Source: Octopus sinensis
Taxonomy: Eukaryota
Direction of reading: 5' to 3'
NCBI RefSeq assembly: GCF_006345805.1
Contig: NC_043019.1
Coordinates: 4,215,360-4,279,359 of the forward strand
DNA: 64,000 nt
Shown here: positions 47,495-58,999 of the stretch, in pieces
Layout: each line of letters starts with the position of its first letter
How positions within the stretch are numbered: the first letter of the stretch is position 1
The notes under the pieces: generated by a model
The model's input: only the letters and a program-made list of their open reading frames with translations
What the model was told of the DNA's origin: nothing
The model's database searches: none
Position numbers and translations under genes: made by a program

Positions 47495-49270
47495 ATACCT
47501 CTTTCTTTACTACCCACAATGGGCTAAACACAGAGGAGACAAACAAGGACAGACAAACGGATTAAGTCGATTATATCGACCCCAGTGCGTAACTGGTACT
47601 TATTTAATCGACCCTGAAAGGATGAAAGGCAAGGTCGACCTCGGTGGAACTTGAACTCAGAACGTAAAGACAGACGAAATACCTCTTTCTTTACTACCCA
47701 CAAGGTGCTAAACACAGAGGGGACAAACAAGGACAGACAAACGGATTAAGTCGATTACATCAACCCCAGTGCGTAACTGGTACTTATTTAATCGACCCTG
47801 AAAGGATGAAAGGCAAGGTCGACCTCGTGGAACTTGAACTCAGAACGTAAAGACAGACGAAATACCTCTTTCTTTACTACCCACAAGGTGCTAAACACAG
47901 AGGGGACAAACAAGGACAGACAAACGGATTAAGTCGATTACATCAACCCCAGTGCGTACTGGTACTTATTTAATCGACCCTGAAAGGATGAAAGGCAAAG
48001 TCGACCTCGGTGGAACTTGAACTCAGAACGTAAAGACAGACGAAATACCTATTTCTTTACTAACCACAAGGGGCTAAACACAGAGGGGACAAACAAGGAC
48101 AGACAAACGGATTAAGTCGATTACATCAACCCCAGTGCGTAACTGGTACTTATTTAATCGACCCTGAAAGGATGAAAGGCAAGGTCGACCTCGTGGAACT
48201 TGAACTCAGAACGTAAAGACAGACGAAATACCTCTTTCTTTACTACCCACAAGGTGCTAAACACAGAGGGGACAAACAAGGACAGACAAACGGATTAAGT
48301 CGATTACATCAACCCCAGTGCGTAACTGGTACTTATTTAATCGACCCTGAAAGGATGAAAGGCAAAGTCGACCTCGGTGGAACTTGAACTCAGAACGTAA
48401 AGACAGACGAAATACCTATTTCTTTACTAACCACAAGGGGCTAAACACAGAGGGGACAAACAAGGACAGACAAACGGATTAAGTCGATTACATCAACCCC
48501 AGTGCGTAACTGGTACTTATTTAATCGACCCCAAAAGGATGAAAAGCAAAGTCGACCTCGGTGGAACTTGAACTCAGAACGTAGCGGCAGACGAAATACC
48601 TATTTCTTTACTACCACAAGGTGCTAAACACAGAGGGGACAAACAGGACAGACAAACGGATTAAGTCGATTACATCAACCCCAGTGCGTAACTGGTACTT
48701 ATTTAATCGACCCTGAAAGGATGAAAGGCAAGGTCGACCTCGGTGGAACTTGAACTCAGAACGTAAAGACAGACGAAATACCTCTTTCTTTACTACCCAC
48801 AAGGTGCTAAACACAGAGGGGACAAACAAGGACAGACAAACGGATTAAGTCGATTACATCAACCCCAGTGCGTAACTGGTACTTATTTAATCGACCCTGA
48901 AAGGATGAAAGGCAAAGTCGACCTCGGTGGAACTTGAACTCAGAACGTAAAGACAGACGAAATACCTATTTCTTTACTAACCACAAGGGGCTAAACACAG
49001 AGGGGACAAACAAGGACAGACAAACGGATTAAGTCGATTACATCAACCCCAGTGCGTAACTGGTACTTATTTAATCGACCCCAAAAGGATGAAAAGCAAA
49101 GTCGACCTCGGTGGAACTTGAACTCAGAACGTAGCGGCAGACGAAATACCTATTTCTTTACTAACCACAAGGGGCTAAACACAGATGGGACAAACAAGGA
49201 CAGACAAACGGATTAAGTCGATTATATCGACCCCAGTGCGTAACTGGTACTTAATTTATCGATCCCGAAG
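47495..49270 (-). repeat. 184-bp tandem array of head-less SINE family B bodies (9 full + 1 partial)
   Basis: Unit starts at 47495, 47679, 47862, 48045, 48228, 48412, 48596, 48778, 48962, 49146. Confidence 0.92.
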
Positions 49271-49309
49271 TAGCAAGACCTGGACTCTGGATGCAGAAAA
49301 CGTGTAGAC

Positions 49310-49680
49310 TAGAGAGAAATGAAGGTAGTATGCTCTGTTAGATGTGCAACATCGATGTATGACAAGGTTCAAATGTGTTGAGAGTAAAGTTGGGCCTAAG
49401 AGGAACCAGATGCAGCAATGCAAAAGCAAAGATTATGCTGGTTTGGACATGTGATGTATATGAATGAAGACAGCTGTATAATGAAGTGCTAGTGTCTGAG
49501 AGTGGATGGCACCTGTGGAAGAGGGAAAGCCAGGAAGACATGGGACGAAGTGGTGAGGACTGATCTCAGGATGTTGTGCGTCATGGAAGAGATGACAACG
49601 GACCGACCGAGATGTCTGGCATTATGAAAACCTTGAGAAGACCAGCCCACTTCAGCGAAACTGAGTCCTAGAAGTGCTGT
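49310..49680 (+). mobile_element. degraded RTE-type LINE 3' fragment
   Basis: WFGHVM..NEDSCI...VDGTCGRGK.RKTWDEVVR remnants; same family as 61985-62200. Confidence 0.7.
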
Positions 49681-49700
49681 GGTTTCCACCCTCTCTCTTG

Positions 49701-50103
49701 TACTCTTTTACTTGTTTCAGTCATTTGACTGCGGCCATGCTGGAGCACTGCCTTTAATCGAGCAACTCGACCCCGGGACTTATTCTTTTGTAAGCCCAGT
49801 ACTTATTCTATCGGTCTCTTTTGCCGAACTGCTAAGTAACGGGGACATAAACACACCAGCATCGGTTGTCAAGCAATGCTAGGGGGACAAACACAGACAC
49901 ACAAACACACACACGCATATATATATATATACATATATACGACGGGCTTCTTTTCAGTTTCCGTCTACCAAATCCACTCACAAGGCTTTGGTCAGCCCGA
50001 GGCTAAAGTAGAAGACACTTGCCCAAGGTGCCATGCAGTGGGACTGAACCCGGAAGCATGTGGCTGGTAAACAAGCTACTTACCACACAGCCACTCCTGC
50101 GCC
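49701..50103 (-). mobile_element. SINE family A
   Basis: Full reverse copy. Confidence 0.8.
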
Positions 50104-50351
50104 CACGTGTAACAACAATAAAACTTCTCTCACACCCTGCCCCAACAAACCAAACTCCATCTCTCCTCTTCCCTCTTCCTCACATGCCACCCCTATCCTA
50201 CCCTGCTCACTCTATCTAACTCTATCCTGTTGTCCCCTACCCCCAGTATATACCCAAATTTTACAAGTCACTACCTTTCCCCACCCCCATACTCATTACA
50301 TTCATAGGAAGTCTCTGCTCCTTACTCATGCACCTTTGGCAATACCCTACC

Positions 50352-50532
50352 TATTTCTTTATTACCCACAAGGGGCTAAACACAGAGGGGACAAACAAGG
50401 ACATCGACCCCAGTGCATAACTGGTACTTAATTTATCGACCCCGAAAGGATGAAAGGTAAAGTCGACCTTGGCGGACTTTGAACTCAGAATGTAAAGACA
50501 GACGTGCTAATGTTCCTGCCAGCTCGCCGCCT
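50352..50532 (-). mobile_element. SINE family B with internal deletions
   Basis: Reverse copy. Confidence 0.7.
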
Positions 50533-50939
50533 GTAACTTAGCAATTCAGCAAAAGAGACCGATAGAATAAGTACTAGGCTTATAAAGAATAAGTCCTGGG
50601 GTCAATTTGCTTGACTAAAGGCGGTGCTCCAGCATGGCCGCAGTCAAATGACTGAAACAAGTAAAGGAGTAAGTAATAAAAGGTACCTTGGAAAAGCAGG
50701 TAATACCCTACCATTTATATTCTGACCCCCGTCTTACCTTGAGGGTATGCCAAGGCTCTTTGCCACCATCCATCTCTCCCTTGCTCTACTCTACCATCCT
50801 ATGTATATTTTGATCCCTGTTCCTTGTGGGCATGCCCTGGCACTTCGCCATCACCTCTCTCCCACTTTCTCCCTTTCTAGCCGGATGCTCTTCCTGTCGC
50901 TTACCCTTACCTGCTTTTCCAAGGTACCTTTTTATTACT

Positions 50940-51298
50940 TACTCCTTTACTTGTTTCAGTCATATGACTGCGGCCATGCTAGAGCACCGCCTTTAGTTGA
51001 GCAAATCGACCCCGGGACTTATTCTTTGTAAGCCTAGTACTTATTCTATCGGTCTCTTTTGCCAAACCGCTAAGTGACGGGGACGTAAACACACCAGCAT
51101 CGGTTGTCAAGCGATGTTAGGGGTACAAACACACACACACGCATATCTATACATATACATAAATATGACAGGCTTCTTTCAGTTTCCGTCTACCAAATCC
51201 ACTCACAAGGCTTTGGTGGGCCCGAGTCGATAGTAGAAGACACTTGCCCAACGAACCACGCAGTGGGACTGAACCCGGAAACATGTGGCTGGTAAGCA
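50940..51298 (-). mobile_element. SINE family A
   Basis: Reverse copy, tail-to-tail with the + strand tail at 50533-50670. Confidence 0.75.
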
Positions 51299-51548
51299 AT
51301 GTCCCCCAAAATAGCAAAGCAAGTGGACGATTTGTTTATAGGGTAAAATGACAATGTCACCGCTTGTACCTGAACGAATCTTCAGAGAATCACAAATGCA
51401 AACACACCCACATATACACACAGCAAAACAGACGGCTAAACGCCAGACATACATACATCTCTCTACAAATCAATTTACGAAGGTGTCATTAATTCTGTTA
51501 TTATCCAATATAATAATTTTAAAAATAATAATAACAGAATCAATGACA

Positions 51549-51953
51549 CAGGAGTGGCTGTGTGGTAAGTAGCTTGCTAACCAACCACATGGTTCCGGGT
51601 TCAGTCCCGCTGCGTGACATCTTGGGCAAGTGTCTTCTGCTATAGCCCCGGGCCGAACAATGCCTTGTGAGTGGATTTGGTAGACGGAAACTGAAAGAAG
51701 CCTGTCGTATATATGTATATATACATATATGTATGTGTGTGTTTGTGTGTCTGTGTTTGTCCCCCTAGCATTGCTTGACAAACGATGCTGGTGTGTTTAC
51801 GTCTCCGTCACTTAACGATTCGGCAAAAGAGACCGATAGAATAAGTACTGGGCTTACAAAGAATAAGTCCCGGGGTCGATTTGCTCGACTAAAGGCGGTG
51901 CTCCAGCATGGCCGCAGTCAAATGACTGAAACAAGTAAAAGAGTAAAAGAGTA
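51549..51953 (+). mobile_element. SINE family A
   Basis: Full copy. Confidence 0.8.
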
Positions 51954-51993
51954 GGCGATAGCAGGCCAAAAAATAGCATTAAATAGCCGAGGG

Positions 51994-52283
51994 ATTAAAA
52001 TTAATCAAAGGACATACTAAGTATGTCTACCTGCTGGAAATAACAGTCAAGACTCTTATTAAATCGCCAAACAAACACTGATGAAAACTACAGAAATCAA
52101 AGGAAGGCAAAATCAGGTTAAGACAATCTACTAACATACATTTAAGTATTTGGACTCAGATTGTCTTAACCTGATTTTGCCATCGTTTGATTTCTGTAGT
52201 GTATTTTTGGCAATTTAATAAGAATTTTGACTGTTATTTCAAGCAGGTAGACATACTTAGTATGTCCTGTGATTAGATTTAAT
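51994..52283. repeat. imperfect inverted repeat (~130-bp arms)
   Basis: Arms 51994-52129 / 52158-52283. Confidence 0.75.
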
Positions 52284-52410
52284 ATATATATATTAAATAT
52301 ATATGGTTATCAGTAATAATAAAAGGTGAAATTAATTAATTAGGGATAATTATCAATTACACCAAGTAGATTTCAGCATGTAAAAGCCCCATTCGAGGAA
52401 AATTTAAGTA

Positions 52411-52647
52411 ATACTAAGTAATTAAGGGTTTAGCAACGAATTGCCTCACCAACACACCGAATTTAGAAATAGCAGTCAAAGAGATATAGCTATTCCTTCT
52501 ACTAAAAGGGGGATCTCAGTAAACAAGTGCTGTGTTTTTACTGAGATCCCCCTTTTAGTAGAAGGAATAGCTATATCTCTTTGACTGTATTTCTAATTCG
52601 GTGTGTTGGTGAGGCAATTCGTTGCTAAACCCTTAATTACTTAGTAT
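52411..52647. repeat. near-perfect palindrome (~110-bp arms, 13-nt loop)
   Basis: Arms 52411-52523 / 52537-52647. Confidence 0.85.
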
Positions 52648-52649
52648 AT

Positions 52650-52683
<34 letters not shown>

Positions 52684-52738
52684 GGTGCACCTGAGCACTG
52701 TATACAATAATTTCATTATGTTATATATATATATATAT

Positions 52739-53162
52739 AGGCGCAGGAGTGGCTGTGTGGTAAGTAGCTTATTTACCAACCACATGGTTCCGGGTTCAGT
52801 CCCACTGCGTGGCACCTTGGGCAAGTGTCTTCTGCTATAGCCTCGGGCCAACCAAAGCCTTGTGAGTGGATTTGATAGACGGAAACTGAAAGAATCCCGT
52901 CGTATATATGTATATATATATATATATATATGCGTGTGTGTGTTTGTGAGTCTGTGTTTGTCCCCCTAGCATTGCTTGACAACCGATGCTGGTGTGTTTA
53001 TGTCCCCGTTACCTAGCGGTTCGGCAAAAAGAGACCGATAGAATAAGTACTGGGCTTACAAAAGAATAATTCCCGGGGTCGAGTTGCTCGATTAAAAGTG
53101 GTGCTCCAGCATGGCCGCAGTCAAATGACTGAAACAAGTAAAAGAGTAAAAGAGTAAAGAGA
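52739..53162 (+). mobile_element. SINE family A
   Basis: Full copy. Confidence 0.8.
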
Positions 53163-53438
53163 ATATATATCTATACACACATAAGGGAGATAAATGTAAA
53201 TGTGTTCATAGTTACCTCCCTTAGCTCGATTAATCTGTTCGCGTTTTGCAATCACGTATGCATTTACACCAGTTCACACGACTAACCTCCAAAACTATCG
53301 CATTTATTTCTCCGTCAACGATTTTTCAGTCACCCTTGACTGCACGTTAAAACAATGACGACGACAAAATCACCAAATATACTTTAGGTCATTAACTATT
53401 TAGGGACCAAAATCTTCTTACAGGAGAGAAAACGATAA

Positions 53439-54043
53439 GGACCTTTACCTTTTGACCGACAGATTTAAAAAATAGTTTTTTGTAACTAAACACTTTCAAA
53501 CTTCGGACACTGGTAGAATGTGTCATATTAAACATCTTTTACTCTTAGCATTTTTGAGAAAAACTTGTATTTACGAAGTTATTTCACGTTAAGGTAGTCG
53601 TGTTTCGGTTATTTCAACCAATCAATGACGTGTATACAGCTGAATAAAATTACTGTTGTTGTTTGTTAACAACAACTATCGGCGGTGTATATTTTCGTTT
53701 TTCACGGTTATTTATGACATCGTTTGTGCATTTGTACTGGTTTTAAGGTTTTAGGGTTAGGGTTGTCATAAATAACAGTGACAAACGAAATATACACCGC
53801 TGGAAGTTCTTGTTGAGAAACAATAGCAGTAATTTTATTCAGCTGAATACACATCATTGATTGGTTGAAATTACCAAAATATGACTACTTTGACGTGAAA
53901 TTACTTCGTAAATTAAAATTATTCTCAAAAATGCTAAGAGTAAAAGATGTTTTATATGACACATTCTACCAGTGTCCGAAGTTTGAAAGTGTTTAGTTAC
54001 AAAAAATTATTTTTTAAATCTGTGGATCAAAAGGTAAAGATCC
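53439..54043. mobile_element. fold-back MITE of the GGATCTTT family (~270-bp arms)
   Basis: Termini GGACCTTTACCTTTTGA / TCAAAAGGTAAAGATCC; 8-bp TSD aacgataa / aaagataa (7 of 8); central TTAGGGTTAGGG. Confidence 0.8.
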
Positions 54044-54334
54044 AAAGATAAACAATGCTCATAAGGAAAATCCAGTTATAAAAATTCAGGCTCTACTCTT
54101 TCTCATTTGCAAAATGAGTCCCCTTTAATTTTGCTCAGCTTGCTTTCTATTTTGGTGTATTGATGCGACTCTGAATTTTGATTACAATAAACCAATTACT
54201 CCAGCCGCGTGTTTTGTTTTAATTTTTCTGTGTGTTAATATATTACATATTTTTCTGTGTTTCTGTGTGTTAGTATTTTTAAATATTGTTCATTTCATTT
54301 ATGTTATTTTTATCGTAGTTTATAAATCCATCCA

Positions 54335-54755
54335 GGATCTTTCCGGTTTGAACGGCAGTTTTTAACATAATTTCTAGGTAACTAAAAAATTTTAAACTTC
54401 GTATACTGGTAGAATGTATTTATAAAACATCTTTTTCTCTTGGCTTTATTGAGAAAATTCTATGGTTTGTAACATATTTGTTGTTTTTTTTTCTGCAATT
54501 TCAACCAATCAATGACGTCCATTGAGGTAAAAAAAACATTCTGTGCCGTATGAATATGTCCCTCGTTTAAGAAACAGATTTGGTTTATTTACATTTGTGA
54601 AGAAAAAAAGATACCCTCCCCCCCCCAAAAAAAAACCCTAACCCTAACCCTAAAACAGATTGAAGTGCAATAGATCGATACTGGGGTCATAATTATGGGT
54701 GACAATTTCATATGACACCGCTTGAAAAAAACCGCCGTTCAAATCGAAAAGATCC
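54335..54755. mobile_element. GGATCTTT-family MITE (opposite orientation to 24388-24812)
   Basis: Same TIRs and internal sequence in reverse complement. Confidence 0.85.
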
Positions 54756-55010
54756 CCAATTACTCCACCCACGTGTTTTGTTTTAATTTTTCTGTGTGTT
54801 AGTATATTACATATTTTTCTGTGCTTCTGTGTGTTAGTATTTTTAAATATTGTTCATTTTATTTATGTTATTTTTATCGTAGTTTATAAATCCAAGCATG
54901 AAAACGTTACTCAGCTTTTGAAATTTGAAGACAGACATATACACATATACACTTGTATATGAATACATACATCCACATACACTTATATATTAATGATGTA
55001 CACAAATAAG

Positions 55011-55391
55011 GCAAGCCGGACGAAATGTCTAGTGGTATTTCGTTTGCCGTTACGTTCTTGAGTTCAAATTCCACCGAGGTCGACTTTGCCTTTCATATTT
55101 TCGAGGTCGATAAATTAAGTACCAGTTACGCACTGGGTCGATATAATCTACTTAATACGTTTGTCTGTCCTTGTTTGTCCCCTCTTTGTTTAGTCCCTTG
55201 TGGGTAGTAAAGAAATAGGTATTCCGTCTGCCGTTACGTTCTGAGTTCAAATTCCGCCGAGGTCGACTTTGCCTTTTATCCTTTCGGGGTCGATAAATTC
55301 AGTACCAGTTAATCACTGGGGTCGAAGTAATCGACTTAATCTCCTTGTTTGTCCCCTCTATGTTTAGCCCTCTGTGGGTAATAAAGGAATA
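55011..55391 (+). mobile_element. SINE family B dimer
   Basis: Two bodies joined at AAAGAAATAGGTATT(C/T)CGTCTGCC. Confidence 0.75.
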
Positions 55392-55900
55392 ACCAAAATG
55401 TCCAGAAATGGGAGCTGTTCCTTGCTATATTTCATTGTAAATTGGATGTTGGGGTTTATATTGTTCAGTGTGGATTTGAAATCCAGGAGTTTATCATAGG
55501 TTTCATTCCTGATGATAAAGCAATCGTCTAGGTACCTTTTCCAGTTTTCTTTTTTGTACAGGTGGAATGGGGTTCCAAATTTTTGGAGCGAAAGTTCATA
55601 TAGGGTAGATTCAAAGACACCCATTATTAGATTCGCATGGACAGGCGCTGCTTTCGTTCCCATTGCAATACTGCATTTTTGGCGGAAGTATGTTGTATCG
55701 AATAGGAAGTAATTGTTTTGTAGGATGAACCTCAGGGATTCAATGACAAAGGTCTGGTTTATGCGGTCCGGGAGAATTTCGGGATATTTTTCTAACCAGA
55801 ATTTTATTGTCTCTATTCCGTAGTCATGTGGAATGTTAGTGTAGAGGTTGATGACATCGAAAGACACCAATAGAGCTTCTTCGTTGGTGGTTTTTGGTAG
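55392..55900 (-). mobile_element. Penelope-like element, reverse transcriptase fragment (inverted)
   Basis: SFDVINLYTNIP, Q..SIAMG, KRYLDDCF, FTM...LPFLDILV are PLE RT motifs. Confidence 0.9.
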
Positions 55901-56460
55901 ATGCTCAGGTTGTAGCCACAATTATGTGGGCCAAACGAGCCCTACTTTGAGACGTAGTGTCACGCTGCATAAAGAAATTCGTTCCCCTCAATACAGGCAG
56001 ATTGCACTGAGCGGACATATCGACAGATGCGCAAGTAATAAAACGCCGAATTTTCATGTCTTCCCATTATACCAGTGCAAAGATTCAATCTCAGTACAAG
56101 AACGCCTAAACAAGGAAAACCTGTTCGTACAGAAGTACAGACCACACCTCAATATACAAATTTGACCATTTAAAAAATTATACTTAGGAGCCAGTTGTCC
56201 CCCTTGCCACCTATTGCTTCCCTTGGTTCACTCTCTAGACTCATTCTTCATATTCTTCAAACATCCAAAATGATGCGATCCTCTGTCACGAGAACTGATT
56301 ACTGTACAATATCCCTTGAAAAGCTAATTTAAATAGCGAAAACCGGTTGGATTTCACGACATCCATATAATATGTGTATATTTATAAAAAGATATTAAAC
56401 TATATGAAACGAAGGCATTTCTCTTCCACTTTTTATATTTTCAACTCATAATTTTGTCAC
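55901..56460 (+). mobile_element. Penelope-like element, GIY-YIG endonuclease and 3' end
   Basis: CSGCSHNYVGQTSPTLRRSVTLH...ENLFVQKYRPHLN* ends at 56165; hammerhead-like motif at 56308-56354. Confidence 0.85.
56308..56354 (+). ncRNA. degenerate minimal hammerhead motif (U3-A8 core)
   Basis: TTGAAAA-GCTA-ATTTAAA-TAGC-GAAA(A)-CCGG-TT with an imperfect stem I. Confidence 0.4.
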
Positions 56461-56511
56461 GTGGTGTATACTGAATCTTCAGTATCTTTACACCTTGCAT
56501 GTTTTTATATT

Positions 56512-56590
<79 letters not shown>

Positions 56591-56676
56591 CCACAAATAG
56601 ATATATACATATACGTATATACAAATATATATATAAATACACACACACATATATATATATACAAATATATATATAT

Positions 56677-56708
<32 letters not shown>

Positions 56709-56744
56709 CCCACACACATATATGTATATATATGTATATACATG

Positions 56745-56970
56745 TTTCTTTATTACCCACAAGGGGCGAAACATAGAGGGGACAATCAAGGACAGACAAA
56801 CGAATTAAGTCAATTACATCGACCCCAGTGCGTAATTGGTACTTAATTTATCAACCCCGAAAGGATGAAAGGCAAATTCGACCTCGGCGGAATTTGAACT
56901 CAGAACGTAACGGCAAACGAAATTCGGCTACGCATTTCGCCCGGTGTGCTAACGGTTCTGCCAGCTCACC
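56745..56970 (-). mobile_element. SINE family B
   Basis: Reverse copy. Confidence 0.8.
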
Positions 56971-57072
56971 ATATACAAATGTGTAGTTAACGACCGTACG
57001 TAAAGGAGATGGTGACAGAAATATCTCCTTTTAAAAGCCGCACGGTCGCCTCACAAAGAATAAAGCCGAATA

Positions 57073-57455
57073 TCTCTCTCTATATAAACGGCAGTTTGTC
57101 TGTGCGTGTTTCTGTGTGTCTGTTTGCTTGTACCCTCACCCTGACCACGGCTTTCAACCGATTCTGATGAAACTTGACACACACATAGCCCAATGTCATA
57201 ATTCAAAACTAACGCAGCGAAAATTTTGAAAAGTTCCCCCAGTTCTGAAAAAAATCGATAAATTCGACATGGGGTCGAGAATCAGAAACACAAACCACAA
57301 ACTGTCTAGGGGACGCAACTCCACCTTTTTTAACTCTCAAAAAAATTTACCATCATTTTTTTCCATTTTTTCGCTATTTTTTGGCTATAACTCTCTAAAA
57401 ATGCTTTATAGTTATTTCCCTTACAAACCTGAGCAACGCCGGGCGATACTGCTAG
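57073..57455 (+). mobile_element. non-autonomous Helitron
   Basis: A|TC...CTAG|T junctions with no TSD; GC-rich subterminal hairpin GCAACGCCGGGCGATACTGC. Confidence 0.75.
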
Positions 57456-58688
57456 TATGGTATAAAAGAATAAGAGTGCCAGTAAAGAATAAGGAGGAAA
57501 ACACAAACGTTCTACTATTTGAGAGAAAGACTTTATTTACAGATGTGTGTACAATAATGATAAGAGTGTGTGTGAGTGCTAGCAGAGTGGAGTGTCTTAG
57601 TGCGTGCACATAGGTGTATCCGTGTGTGGCAGAGTGTTTGTCTATGAGTGCGTGCGACAAGTGTGTCTGTGTGTCCGTTGTAAGTACTAACAACGATACG
57701 TGCGACAAGTGTGTGTTATAAGAGTGAAATAACAATACAGAGCAAAGAAATGAGTCGCTCAGGATATTTCAGACAAGATGGAGTTAATTACTAGTTCAGA
57801 GTATGACACGCCATAGCAGTGGTTCTGTATCAAGGAGGTCGGTGGTCACAAGTGCATACGCCGGTTGAACACACGTCGTGTAGCGGTTGTGGCTTCGGTG
57901 CTGTGCCAAGTTACTTTGGTACGGAAGATATCGCAGGTAGAGCTGAGCTGTTAGCCTTGGTGAGTATCACAACAGCGTAAAGGTTAAACCTGAGCGACTT
58001 GCTGTGTACGTATAGGCGTTGGTGGAGACGACGTGAAGTTGAAGGGCAACGATAAGCTAAGGCGTCGATGGTGATGACGGCGTCAAGGTGAAGTCGACGA
58101 TGTTGAGGGCGACGGCGGAGAAAGGCGATGTTGAGGTGAAGGCGACAGTGGTGGAAAACGTCCTGCATGATGGTGTATGTTGGTGTCGTCGCAGGAACAT
58201 GGCTGGGTCGCAGGAACTGGCTGTCTGGTTTGTCGCTAGCTGCTGTATGGTCAATGGTAGGAAACCAAAGACAGGGATATAGCGAATGCTGGGGCCTTTT
58301 AAAGCAGAAGGTAAGGTCCAGTGAAAACCCAAAAGACTGTGTCATGGGACCTTATCCGAAGGCCGTGATTGGTTGGCTTACACACTGGCGCGAAATAAGA
58401 CTGCACCAAAACCAACCAATCAGAGTAGCGGACACAACTGATCCTAAGCAGCCGAAAGATAGCTGCTATCTAACACGACATCATTTCAATGATCTCTCTC
58501 AAACAGTGAGGATATCACCGAGCTACGCTACAAATGTATCTTCATATATACAAATGTATATATATTTATATATATACTACTAACAATATAGGATGAAGTC
58601 CCTTTCTCTACAGAAAAGGAATCCATCAGGAAGCGTGGGCAGTATATTTAAAAAAACCGTTACGGTTGAAGTATAAACATCATATAAT

Positions 58689-58999
58689 TAAGGGCTAAAG
58701 AGGGTTATTCTAAAGCCAATACACTGATTTATCCACTTATAATCCGCTTGCTACAGGAGAATTGAAACTGAAAACGGGCAACCAACCTTTAGAAAATTTA
58801 AATTTCGTTATCTCTATATTGAATCAATTTCGGAATTAATCTTATAAAAGATATATTCTTTCTTCAGTAGAGCTTTCGATGGGATATAAATAAAAAACTC
58901 ACGTATGATCATGGAAAAAGCACAAGCTAAAAACATAACTACGGATTATAAGTGGATAAATCAGTGTATTGGCTTTAGAATAACCCTCTTTAGCCCTTA
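58689..58999. mobile_element. cassette with ~58-bp inverted termini
   Basis: IR 58689-58746 / 58942-58999 in AT-rich flanks; decayed CTGAAGA...GAAA on the minus strand (58867-58828). Confidence 0.6.
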
